From Balanoglossus misakiensis (taxonomy: Eukaryota; Animalia; Hemichordata): DNA of 64,000 bases. Positions 40,005-50,816 of this stretch are shown here, piece by piece; position 1 is the first letter of the stretch, and each line of letters starts with the position of its first letter. The stretch lies in contig CM082581.2 of NCBI GenBank assembly GCA_040954595.2, forward strand, positions 1,418,699-1,482,698, written 5' to 3'. The notes beneath the pieces are model-generated. The model saw only the letters and a list, made by a program, of their open reading frames with translations, made no database searches and was not told where the DNA came from. Both the position numbers and the translations under genes were made by a program.

Positions 40005-41140
40005 TTATTAGGTCCCATTTGGTGCAGGTATATGTATTTATACCATGGGACCTTATGGGATCAGTTGCACCTGTATATATGGATGTCTGTATGGATGTTT
40101 GTCTGTATGTCTATCAATATCAAACACTTGGAAACCACTGGCATGTGACCTTGATATTTAGTGTGGAGATGCAGGCAGGGCATTAAGTGGGAGTTGTCAA
40201 AATGAACTTGTCATTGCCAAAATATGCAAATTAGCTGGGAAAGTGTCAAATTCGTCCAAACTCGGGAACTCGACAACTACTGAGCAAATTGCTTTCAAAA
40301 TTGAAAATTGGTATTCCTGTAAGTTATGTTAACCTCACACAGTTCTATATGTTGTGAGCTAATGTGAATTTTCGATTTTTTATGTATTTTTTTGTCTCTT
40401 TCCACATTATCGGTAGAAAATCTGCTTTTCTGGAATTGATCAGCTGACTTATTTGAAATTTAGTATGAAGCTTCATAGGTGATCTGAGTTATCATAGTTT
40501 TGTAAGGTCCCATTTGCTTTACCATGGGACCTTATGATATCGGTGGATGTATGTATGTATGTCTGTATGTCCGTCCACATCACAAACTTGAAAACCGCTG
40601 GGCATATGACCTCGATATTTGGTGTGTAGATGCAGGCCAGGCTGAAGATTGGAGTTTGTTCAAATGAAGCTGTCATTGCCAAAAATATGCAAATTAGCTA
40701 GGAAAATGTGAAATTGGTCAAAACTCAAACTCAACAACCACTGGTCACATTCATTTGAAAATCAGTATGCATGTACCTTATGTCTACCTCAAACAGTCCT
40801 GTATGTTTTGAGCTAATATTATCGATTTTTAATTTTTTATGCCAAAAATCTTTTATGCATTTTTTGTATTATTCCACATTATTGGTAAAGAAATCATCAT
40901 TTCTTAAAGTTATAGGCCTCATTCTTTGAATTTTAGTATGAAGCTTCTAATGGTTGTCTGAGTAACCAAAGTTTTGTTCAAATTGTTGAAAAATTTGCAT
41001 ATTTTAATTTTGAGCAATTTTTGCCACTTTTGGTCATTTTTTTTTCTTTAAAACTGCATGCCAGATTGATTTGGTAGGCATATTCCTAAGGGTAAACTGA
41101 GTAAGATGTTGTAAAAATGTTTTAGTATATATTGTGTTAT
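40005..41140 (+). mobile_element. Helentron-like family B, two tandem 5' modules (about 40005 and 40503)
   Basis: ttaggtcccatttggt...accatgggacctt and taaggtcccatttgctttaccatgggacctt, each followed by (ATGT/CTGT)n and the same core. Confidence 0.7.
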
Positions 41141-42527
41141 TGGGGAAGGGGGGGGGGGGGGGGTTACTCAAACATTTATAACACCCAGCAACTTTTGGTA
41201 CTGGCAGGGTTTGTCCTCCAATGATTTCAACATCCTGCTAGGAATACAACCTCTCCTCAACTTTATAAATATAGGGCATGACATTGCAGGTTTTTTGAGA
41301 ACACTGTTTAAAATAACCCTCATCAAGCCTGTTAACTTATTTAGACAGACTATTATCCAGAATGAAACGAAACATGGATGCAATAAAAAGATCTTGTGCA
41401 ATAAAAACCAAGTTGATCATAACAATTATTTGCTAAGTACAACATGTACATCACTAATAGAAGTTATGGCTATAAGCATAAACCTGTTTGTTTTGCTATC
41501 TTCACTATTCATATTATCTGACTATATTAATACATTTGCAAGCATACTGTTTCAGACATAGCGAATTTGATAAACATCTACAAATATATTTTTACCTGTT
41601 GAAGTTATCAAAATCCAGACACTTGACAAAAGGACATTTTTCATCCCCTCTATAGATTGATAGTCTAACATAGCAGGCAATCTGTTTTTAACAACTGCAG
41701 AAGCCTTCATAAAAAGTTGTTGGCCAGAATGAAAGCTTAGGGGGACGTAGGATTTCCTACTTTTTAGGTTATTTTTTCTATGGCCCCAAAAAGCTATGAC
41801 AAAAAATTGATGACCCCCTTGGAATTTATAATTCCCCCCCCCTATCATACCCTGTCCATATTCTTATAAATGTCAATAAATGCCATACAGTCCTGTATGT
41901 TTTGTTTTGAGCTAATATTATGAATTTTCTATTTTTATTGTTTTGTCTTTTACTGCATTATTGGTAAAGAAAAATCTTCCTTTCTGAAAGCCATAGTTTT
42001 TGTTCAAATTGCAAATTGTTGTGAAATTGGTATATTTATAATTTTGAGCAATTTTGTAATTTTTGCTCAGAATGCAGATTCCTAGGGGGGTAACCCAAGT
42101 AAGGTGTTGTAAAAGAATTGTTTAAAAAATAAAAATATATTTGTAGATGGTTATCAAATTCGCTGTGTCTGAAAGCGCTTGTCAGATTGCTTTGAACTTT
42201 GACAGGAATGTTCCTTGTAGTGATTTAAGTAAGATGGTGTACAATTATAGTGATTTTTGCATATTTGTGTTTTTGCCACTTTTGAACAAATGTAGTTTTG
42301 TTTAACCCCCATCTTACCCTATCCATATTCAAATAAATATGAAAAGAAATTTCTCACAGATATTATTTACTTTGATAATACTATCATTTGTGCAACAACT
42401 AATCAATCAAACAGTCAATAATCATAAATTGGGAGTTCAAAAATATCTATAAGGGAGATTTAAAACCCCGTTAGCAACAACTGTTTGCCATGTTTTCAGT
42501 ATTAATGTTTTGTGTAGCTTCTGCAGT

Positions 42528-43150
42528 TTTTAGGTCCCATATGGTATGTACCATGGGCCTTATGGAATCAGTTGCGTCTGTATTTATGTATGGATGTACT
42601 GTATTTTCGCGAGTTAAATTTTTCGCGATATCGAGAGAGGCCACTGTTTCGCGAGTATTAATTTTCGCGTTCTCTTATTTCATTCACTGCATCGTTATCT
42701 TCAAAAACAATTTACGCGACTTTTTATTTTCACGTTATTTTGGCTCTCGCGTATTTGGCGAAAATTAATTGCTCGCGAAAATAAAGTGTTTTACAGTATG
42801 TCTGTCTGTTTGTATGGATGTATGTCTGTATGTCCGTCCACATCTAAAACTTGAAAACCGTTGTGCATATCACCTCGATATTTGGTGTGCAGATGCAGGC
42901 TGGGCTGTAGATTGGAGTTTGTTAACATGAAAATGTCATTACCAAATATATGCAAATTAGCTGGAAAATGTGAAATTGGTCAAAACTCGCAAAATTCAAC
43001 AACTGCTGGTCAGATTGATTTGGAAATTGGTATGCAAGTACCTTATGCCTACCTCATACAGTCCTGTATGTTTTGAGCTAATTTTGATTTTCTATTTTTG
43101 ATGCATTTGTTTGTATTTTTCAACATTATTGGTAAAAAATCTTCATATGA
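42528..43150 (+). mobile_element. Helentron-like family B copy interrupted by a TA-flanked MITE
   Basis: tttttaggtcccatatggtatgtaccatgggcctt, then a microsatellite split by 42598-42799, then the core ccgtccacatc...gatatttggtgtgcagatgcagg. Confidence 0.7.
42598..42799. mobile_element. ~200-bp MITE with TA-CTGTA...TACAG-TA ends (Tc1/mariner superfamily, Tc2-like)
   Basis: tactgtatttt ... gttttacagta, with internal tttcgcga/tcgcgaaa motifs. It sits inside a microsatellite that continues on both sides. Confidence 0.7.
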
Positions 43151-44493
43151 ATCTAAAATTACCGTCGAATCATCCAGTGTGAGTTAGCACTGTAATTAGC
43201 AAAAGTTATAAATCCACAGTTACCCAGCAAATTTGATATAATGCTTCACACAGGTATTGGTTTTGAACATCCTTCAGAAAGGGTATGAATATTTTAAAAT
43301 TTTTACTGTTGCAACCCAGACTAGTTTATTTCTGAATAAACAGAGAAATGACAACCGGATAGATTATTCTTCTGTACTAAAGACATATGCAGACACAAGA
43401 AATAGTCTGAACATTTTCAGTACATTACTAAAACAGTGTCGGTACATTGTACTATAAACTGAGGAAGATTAGTGACTATTGTTTGCCAAAAATGGTCCCA
43501 AGTCATTTCTCAAGCATAGCAGAATAGTAGCTTTGAGTAGCAAAGTGTGATGATTTAAAATGTAAAAAGACAACACCAATCTCTAGCTCTGCTCTCAGCA
43601 CTGCAAAAGTTATCTGACAGGTAGATAGATGTTCAGTCATCCTATGTCTGTCAACATTTTTCTTTTCTGAAATCACTGGCGCAAGTGCTTTTAAAATTGG
43701 TGTGCAGGTTTCTTGGGGTGGCGAAGTAATGTGTGTTCAAATTGTGTTGAATTCTGCATATTTGTAGTTTGGAACAAGTTTTTTGCTGTTTTTGGAAGAA
43801 AAAAGCTAAGCTCGTAGATTACTTTGACTATGCAGGTTTCTAGGTATGACACAAGTTGTTTCTTCAAAATATGGTGAAATTTGCATATTTGGGGGGAAAT
43901 TTTCTCTGAAATTTAGTATTGATCTCCCTGAGGTATGTGACATAATCTGTAATTTTGTATTTTGGAGACAGTTGCCTTTTTGTACAAACAAAAAATCTTG
44001 TCAGAATATGCATGTCTGATTGCCATGTCCACAGGGGTGATCTACTTTTATTTACATTATAACCGAATCTGTAAAGTTTTCATAATGATCTTTAAAATAG
44101 GTACGTCTAATTGTTTTGATCTTTGGTATGAATTGTCCCTTGGTGATCTTAGTCAATGCTTTTGAAATTCCGCTGAATATTGCATTATTATTTTGTCTAA
44201 GTCTGAAGAGTAGTCATCATCTCTGAAACCCCTTGACCTAAGTCAGGTGTCAAATAGTACAATTTGCAGATTTGTTGCATTGGAGATATTGTTGCAGTTT
44301 TTGAAATTCAAGATGGCTGCCAATGTCTGTGTTAACTCTATGGAAAAACATTTATGTAAATACTTTTCTGAAAACAAGGTGGTGAACATCACATTTTTGT
44401 TTACAAACAGTAATAGAAATAGCTATCATTGTTTCTGAAAATCCTAACTTGTAGGATTCTTTTTCAATCTCTGGCATCAGCAGAGACAATTAA

Positions 44494-45226
44494 GGTGGCA
44501 TTGCATGAAAAGTTGTGATTTTTGCCAAATTTTACTTTTTTACATAAATCGGTAGGCCTAATACTCACCCACATCCTGACTAATACGTCTTGGCGGAAAT
44601 GGTGCACAATCACCCCCAAATAGCACTTTTCTGAATGAGTTCACAGCTTAACAAATAGGTGTCAACAATGCAAATGGCCGTTTTTCTCGGTTTGCATTTT
44701 CGCTGCTTTTGACAACTTCAGACTAAAATAGCTTCGCCCTGCATTGGCCGAATTTGCTCAAATTTTGACAGGGAATTGTGTATGACCAATCCAACAAAAC
44801 GCTAGTTTTGTATGTCGATAAAGTGTCCCTAGCGGGAATAAACTCTGATTCAATACAACTCACCGTGAATTTGATCAAATTTTCAGAAAATCTAACTTTC
44901 AAACGCTGTTACTCCTCAATGGAAGCAGATAACGCAAAACAAAATTAGCGTTTTTTTGCACGTGTACTTTAGTTTTGAATGACATATTAAGATGCATGAT
45001 GCATGGTCAACTTTTTTACCTATTTTAAATTTCATGACATAATATCAAAAAATTAGTTTTTTCGCCCAAAATCGCCACCATTTCCGGGGATCAATAGTAT
45101 TTGCAACTCAAACAAAAGTTCAAAATCTCAGCTTCCAGAATATATATGGTTTATGGGGGTTTAAACTTTGTCTTTGATGAGAAATAGGCCTCTGAAAAAG
45201 TCTCGACGGTTTCATGCAGTGCCACC
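44494..45226. mobile_element. 733-bp non-autonomous DNA transposon with TTAA target-site duplication (Kolobok-like)
   Basis: TTAA 44490-44493 + GGTGGCATTGCATGAAA ... TTTCATGCAGTGCCACC + TTAA 45227-45230 (16/17 TIR match). Confidence 0.9.
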
Positions 45227-45569
45227 TTAAACAACTCTATAAAAAGTCTTATTGCTTAGTACTGGCACGAGGTGGTAAAAAGATGTGCAGCTTTTGACTT
45301 ATTACAGGCTTACACTTTGTTAGTAATATGAGTCCCTATTGGTATTGTGCTGGGTTTTTAGGAGCTTGGGCCCCATTCCCTGGATATTTTTTACACCTTG
45401 CTCTGAAAACCTGCCACACCTATGCTTCTTGAATTTGTCACAGTTGTCCTTGCCAATGAGTGTGCACCTTGAAATTCAAATCAGTCATTTGACCTGGCAG
45501 CCATATTCAGTTGAAATTGTTAAATAAATGCAAATTAGCTGGGAAAATTTGAAATTGGTCAAAACCACT

Positions 45570-47057
45570 GGTCAGATTGATTTGACAATTGGTATGCAAG
45601 TACCTTATGTCAACCACATACAGTCCTGTATTTTGAATAGTTTGAATGTTCTATTTTTATGCATTTTTTGCCTTTTTCCTCATTTTTGGTAAAACATCTA
45701 CTTTTCTAAAATTGATGAGACGACTTCTTTGAAATTTAGTATGAAGCTTCATATAGGTGATATGAGTTAGCATACTTTTGTTAAAATGTTGCAAAATTTG
45801 CATATTCATAATTTTGGAGCAATTTCGGCCGTTTTTGAATTTTTTTTTTAAACCGGTTGTTACATTGCTTTGAAATTTGTTAGTCATATTAGGGGTAGCC
45901 CAAGTAAGATTTGCATGTATGTTTTTCAAATCAACTTGATGAATTGAATAGTATATTTTTGGGATGATTTTTGCCATTTTCGGTCAAAACTCTTCTCAGA
46001 ACCCCCCACAGTACGTGAAATATCCCATGAATCACTCTGGTTTGTACAACCAGAGATTACTCGGTCAAACCAGGCAAAGTTCACATGTGTAGAGAAAATT
46101 GTAGACCACTAATACAAATTTTGAGAGCATGCTTTAAAGGCGAATCTTATTGTCAATTACCATTTCAAATGATAAACAAAATCATGCATTATTGAAAGAG
46201 GAGATACAAATTTTATAAAATAAGCAATTGCATAGCCAGCCGATACAAAAAAGTTTGAAGTAAAACAGGGACACTTGAAACACTTGTTTAATCAAACAAA
46301 ACGATATTGATTTTTTTCTATAGACAGAACAATGGAAATTTACATGTTAACTTTCAACAGAGACTGGCCACCTCAGTTAGTCATTGCTTCTTTCCTCCTA
46401 AGTGTGACATTTGACGTACATGAATGAATACTTTGATTTCTATGGCTTTTAAATCTTGATTTTGAAATTTTCACTCTAATTCCTCAACATACTTTTTCTA
46501 GATAAATCTTAATACAGTTATATGTACTTCATATCATTGTTAGTATCTAAAACAGAAAGTAATTAAATGGACAATCTCGATGATACAAATCATGGAGAGT
46601 TGTGGGTAAAATATCGTACTGTGCCCCCTTTACCCCCACTGCTTTGAAATTTGATTTGAAGGTTTCAGGGTTTGTTCTCATGATAATTTACAGATTGATT
46701 TGACAATTGGTATGCAAGTACCTTATGTCAACCACATACAATCCTGTATTTTTTTAACTAATAGTTTGAATGTTCTATTTTATGCATTTTTTGCCTTTTT
46801 CCTCATTTGTGGTAAAAAAATTTAGTATGAAGCTTCATGTAGGTGATATGAGTTACAATACTTTTGTTGAAATGTTGCAAAATTTGCATATTGATAATTT
46901 TGGAGCAATTTCAGCCTTGTTTAATTAATTTTTTTTCTCTAAAACCGCTTGTTCCATTGCTTTAAAATTTGTTAGTCATGTTAGGGGTAGCTCAAGTAAG
47001 ATTTGCATGTATGTTTTTCAAATCAACTTGATGAATTGAATAGTATATTTTTGGGGG
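45570..47057 (+). repeat. Direct duplication of a family B block (about 45572-45965 and 46691-47057)
   Basis: cagattgatttgacaattggtatgcaagtaccttatgtcaaccacatac ... caagtaagatttgcatgtatgtttttcaaatcaacttgatgaattgaatagtatatttttggg occurs near-identically twice. Confidence 0.8.
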
Positions 47058-47356
47058 ATCAAATCAAATCAAATCAAAACAAACATTTATAAAGCGCCAG
47101 AATCAATAACAATGTTATTTCCAAAGGCGCTGAAAGTATAACATCAGTGTTCGTAGGCTTTGACAAATAGAAATGTCTTGAGTTTTTGTTTGAAAATGTT
47201 GAGACTAGAAGCCTGTTGAATGTCAGATGGCAGAGAATTCCAAAGTTGTGGCGCGACAAGGGAAAAGGCACATCCACCATATGTTTTGAGTCTGTACTTT
47301 GGTACACACAACTGGTTCCTTGAGCTGGAGCGCAGAGCCCGACTAGGCTTATATGA
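47058..47356 (-). mobile_element. Short 3' fragment of an L2-clade LINE with (GATTT)n tail
   Basis: YKPSRALRSS...YGGCAFSLVAPQLWNSLP...FKQKLKTFLF. The UTR carries cagcgcctttgg...ggcgctttataaat, and the tail appears as atcaaatcaaatcaaatcaaa on the + strand. Confidence 0.88.
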
Positions 47357-48138
47357 TTTTTGATTTGATTTGGTTTCAGGGTGATTTCTCATGATGATTT
47401 ACAAAACCTATGACTGATTACTTTGAAATTTGAGTAGGAAGTTAATTGGATGTGTTTGTTTAGATAATGGAATCAAATAAAGTTATTCATTCTTCACCTT
47501 CATTCTTCACCTCATTTCATTTATTGGCTGGTTTGTCTATTGTATCAGGGAAGAGTACTTGCCATCCCACCCCACCGATGCAAACTTTGAGTGGCAAAAG
47601 TAAAATTTGTCATAACATTGAGTTAATTTGCTTTTGGGCTCACTAAAATGCAACTTTGAGCTCTGTATTTGTACAAAATTTTCATTAATTGGCTGGTTTG
47701 TCTATTGTACCAGGCCAGCATACATAATATCAAGATGTTTTCGGGGCTGGGGGGGGGGGCATCATATTTTATTGCCTCTCTATGTGTGTGTCTGTCTGTC
47801 TGTACTCCTGTGTAGACTTTTTCTAGTGTAATCACTAAATGAGACCACAGTGTCCTTGACGCTATTTTTTGCGATTTTCAATGACCCTGGGGTAACCTTT
47901 GACCAGCTTTCATATATCTTGGTATTCACAGCAGAATACAGCCTTGGCATACCCTGGTAACCATGGGAACCGTTTGGGCCCAACCAATGGTGCTGGCAGC
48001 GTTAATTTTTAAATGATTTCTTCTTGTCGTTTTCTTTATCAATATGATGACTTGACCTAATCAGATTATTAAAATAATTTCATTCTTTTTTTACATTAGG
48101 TTCTTTGGTAACACTGCTGCTGGAGGGAGTGTAATATT

Positions 48139-48930
48139 TGTAACGACGTCGCCACCTAATACTGTACTGGAGGTATGAACTTAAACTTGTAACGACGCCG
48201 CCACCTAATACTGTACTGGAGAGATGAAGTTAATACTTGTAACGACGCCGCCACCTAATACTGTACTGGAGAGATGAAGTTAATACTTGTAACGACGCCG
48301 CCACCTAATACTGTACTGGAGAGATGAAGTTAATACTTGTAACGACGCCGCCACCTAATACTGTACTGGAGAGATGAACTTAATACTTGTAACGACGTCG
48401 CCACCTAATACTGTACTGGAGAGATGAAGTTAATACTTGTAACGACGCCGCCACCTAATACTGTACTGGAGAGATGAAGTTAATACTTGTAACGACGCCG
48501 CCACCTAATACTGTACTGGAGAGATGAAGTTAATACTTGTAACGACGCCGCCACCTAATACTGTACTGGAGAGATGAAGTTAATACTTGTAACGACGCCG
48601 CCACCTAATACTGTACTGGAGAGATGAAGTTAATACTTGTAACGACGCCGCCACCTAATACTGTACTGGAGGGATGAACTTAAACTTGTAACGACGCCGC
48701 CACCTAATACTGTACTGGAGAGATGAAGTTAATACTTGTAACGACGCCGCCACCTAATACTGTACTGGAGAGATGAAGTTAATACTTGTAACGCCGCCGC
48801 CACCTAATACTGTACTGGAGAGATGAACTTAATACTTGTAACGACGCCGCCACCTTATACTGTACTGGAGGGATGAACTTAAACCTGTAACGACGCCAGA
48901 TGATGCTCCTGTGACCAGAGGGATGAACGA
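48139..48930. repeat. 50-bp minisatellite, about 15-16 copies
   Basis: aacgacgccgccacctaatactgtactggagagatgaagttaatacttgt at 48241, 48291, 48341 and onward; a few 49-bp variants. Confidence 0.97.
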
Positions 48931-49079
48931 CGCCATGATTTGTTGATCTGATCTAATTAATAATATTCATTCTTTTTTTTCAATAGGTTCATTGGTATTA
49001 TCATCGCCGGAGGGAGTCTAATCAATATCTACAACAACGCCGCACCAGATAACAATATCAAAACCAGAGGGATGCTGTC

Positions 49080-49260
49080 AATAGGTTAGGCTAATAAAAA
49101 TGGTTTAATCTGAGGGAATGGTAAAGGGTTGGTGTATGAATATGTTAGGGTAATAAAAAATGGTATAATCTAACGGAATGGTGAAGGGTTGGTGTATAAA
49201 CAGGTTAGGCTAATAAAAATGGTATAATCTAATGAAATGGTGAAGGGTTGGTGTATGATG
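49080..49260. repeat. Three diverged ~59-61-bp tandem units grading into a degenerate TAA/GGT-rich tract (to ~49640)
   Basis: gttaggctaataaaaatggtataatctaa..gaatggtgaagggttggtgtat repeated three times. Confidence 0.8.
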
Positions 49261-49676
49261 ACTAATAAGACATTGTGCACAAGGGTACTATAATAAAACT
49301 GCAAGGGTATAATATTATGGTTTCAAGGGTATGATAAGTAATTAAAATACTATAAAAACATGAGTAATGCCACGTGGTAAATAAAAACTGTACATGTACA
49401 GAGGGTAAATACCGGTATAATATATAAAGGTGTTAACATCAATGGTGTAATAATAAAAAAAATGGGTAACACATGGTTTTGGTGGTATAATAATAATAAA
49501 ATGGTATTAACTTGATGGTATAAACATTATGGGATGTGTATAAACGGTGTTAATATTACAAAGGTATAATGATTAGTTGGGGTGTAATAATAAGAAATTT
49601 AAAATCATTGGGTAATTTATTAGTGTCAGGTTGGGTAAAATAATTGTTGCTATGCATTCGTGTAATAATTGTCTGC

Positions 49677-49870
49677 GGATTTTTTGCAGCGTTACCCGCG
49701 TTCGCGTTCTTCATTGCAGGTCGCTCGTCATGTAATGGAATTTCGCCGTGTGCCCGTTTGATTCGCCGATGGATTTTTTACAACGTTACCCGCGTTCGCG
49801 TTCTTCATCGCAGTTGGATCGTCGTGTAATGGAATTTCGCCGTGTGCCCGTTTGATTCGCCGATGGATTG
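49677..49870. repeat. Two tandem ~94-bp CpG-rich units
   Basis: cgttacccgcgttcgcgttcttcat...tgtaatggaatttcgccgtgtgcccgtttgattcgccgatggatt at 49690 and 49784. Confidence 0.9.
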
Positions 49871-50540
49871 TTTGCTTTCGTCATCGTAATTCCCGCATCA
49901 ACACGAATCCTCAATCTCGCGTAACAACAATACATCAAAATGTACACAGAAAAATAGGAGTCGGCAAGACAATTCTGGTTAGTTTGAGCCCCAACCTTTT
50001 AAAATTCACAACGGGGGAGGGGGCAGTTTTTCCTCATTTTATATTTGGCTCGAGGTTTTTAACTGTCCCCAGGCGCGTAAAGTTAGTTAGTTTATCACAC
50101 AGTATGTAATTATCTTGCTTGATTTAAAAAAACACTAAAATTGTATGGGGGAGCTTCTTGCGATTTGCACTTAAGAAACTGATGGTTTGTACCCATAGAT
50201 AATATTTAGTATTAAGCACATAATTGCCTGGAAATAAAAATTAACTCAAGGGTAGAATGCAACAGTTAATTTTGTGCAATATCAACAGGAGCTATTTTGG
50301 CACATTATTTCAGTTTGATAAACACTGTTTTTGCTCATTGTTTCATTTCGACCACATTATTTCAGTTTGATAAACACTGTTTTTGCTTATTGTTTCATTT
50401 CAACCACTTTTGTCACCTTGTTTTAAATTGAATGCAAGCATTGTTTCTGTTTGACCACTACTTGGGGTAATTGTTCCAAATTGGTATGCAAGATATTTTA
50501 CATCAGCAGTTAGCCATCTAGCCACACTTTAGCTGCACAG

Positions 50541-50668
50541 CATATGAAAAATAATGAAATTCATGCAAAAAGCAAAAAAGTATTATGGGTATAATGCCAT
50601 TGCAGCATTGGCGGTTCGACTCCGTCGATACTTACTTTGAAGCATAAGTCTTCATTATTTTTCATATG
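50541..50668. other. 128-bp foldback element with perfect 18-bp terminal inverted repeats and an internal T-loop/B-box-like motif
   Basis: catatgaaaaataatgaa (50541-50558) / ttcattatttttcatatg (50651-50668), with internal GGTTCGACTCC at 50613-50623. Confidence 0.65.
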
Positions 50669-50816
50669 TAATAAATAAAACTCTTCCAAATTCATATCTT
50701 TGTTTTAAGTTTGTGCTTTTGCTTCAGTTAGGGGGCCCACATTTACCAAACCTGTCTTGCCATCTTTTCACATTTCTTCAAATATGCAGCGCCAGCGGTA
50801 GGCAGTATTTGATCAA

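Noticed and set aside
41168-41561. Possible next exon of the EGF/CCP gene
   Set aside because: No CCP/EGF cysteine pattern in the open frame; the other frames contain stops.
48139-48930. Regular repeat that could be taken for a CRISPR array
   Set aside because: Head-to-tail units with no unique spacers, no cas genes and a eukaryotic context.
50301-50408. 52-bp tandem duplication
   Set aside because: Real but an ordinary two-copy slippage event.
50578-50633. tRNA gene
   Set aside because: A T-arm is present, but there is no D-arm, A-box or U33 and it is too short; it is embedded in a foldback element.
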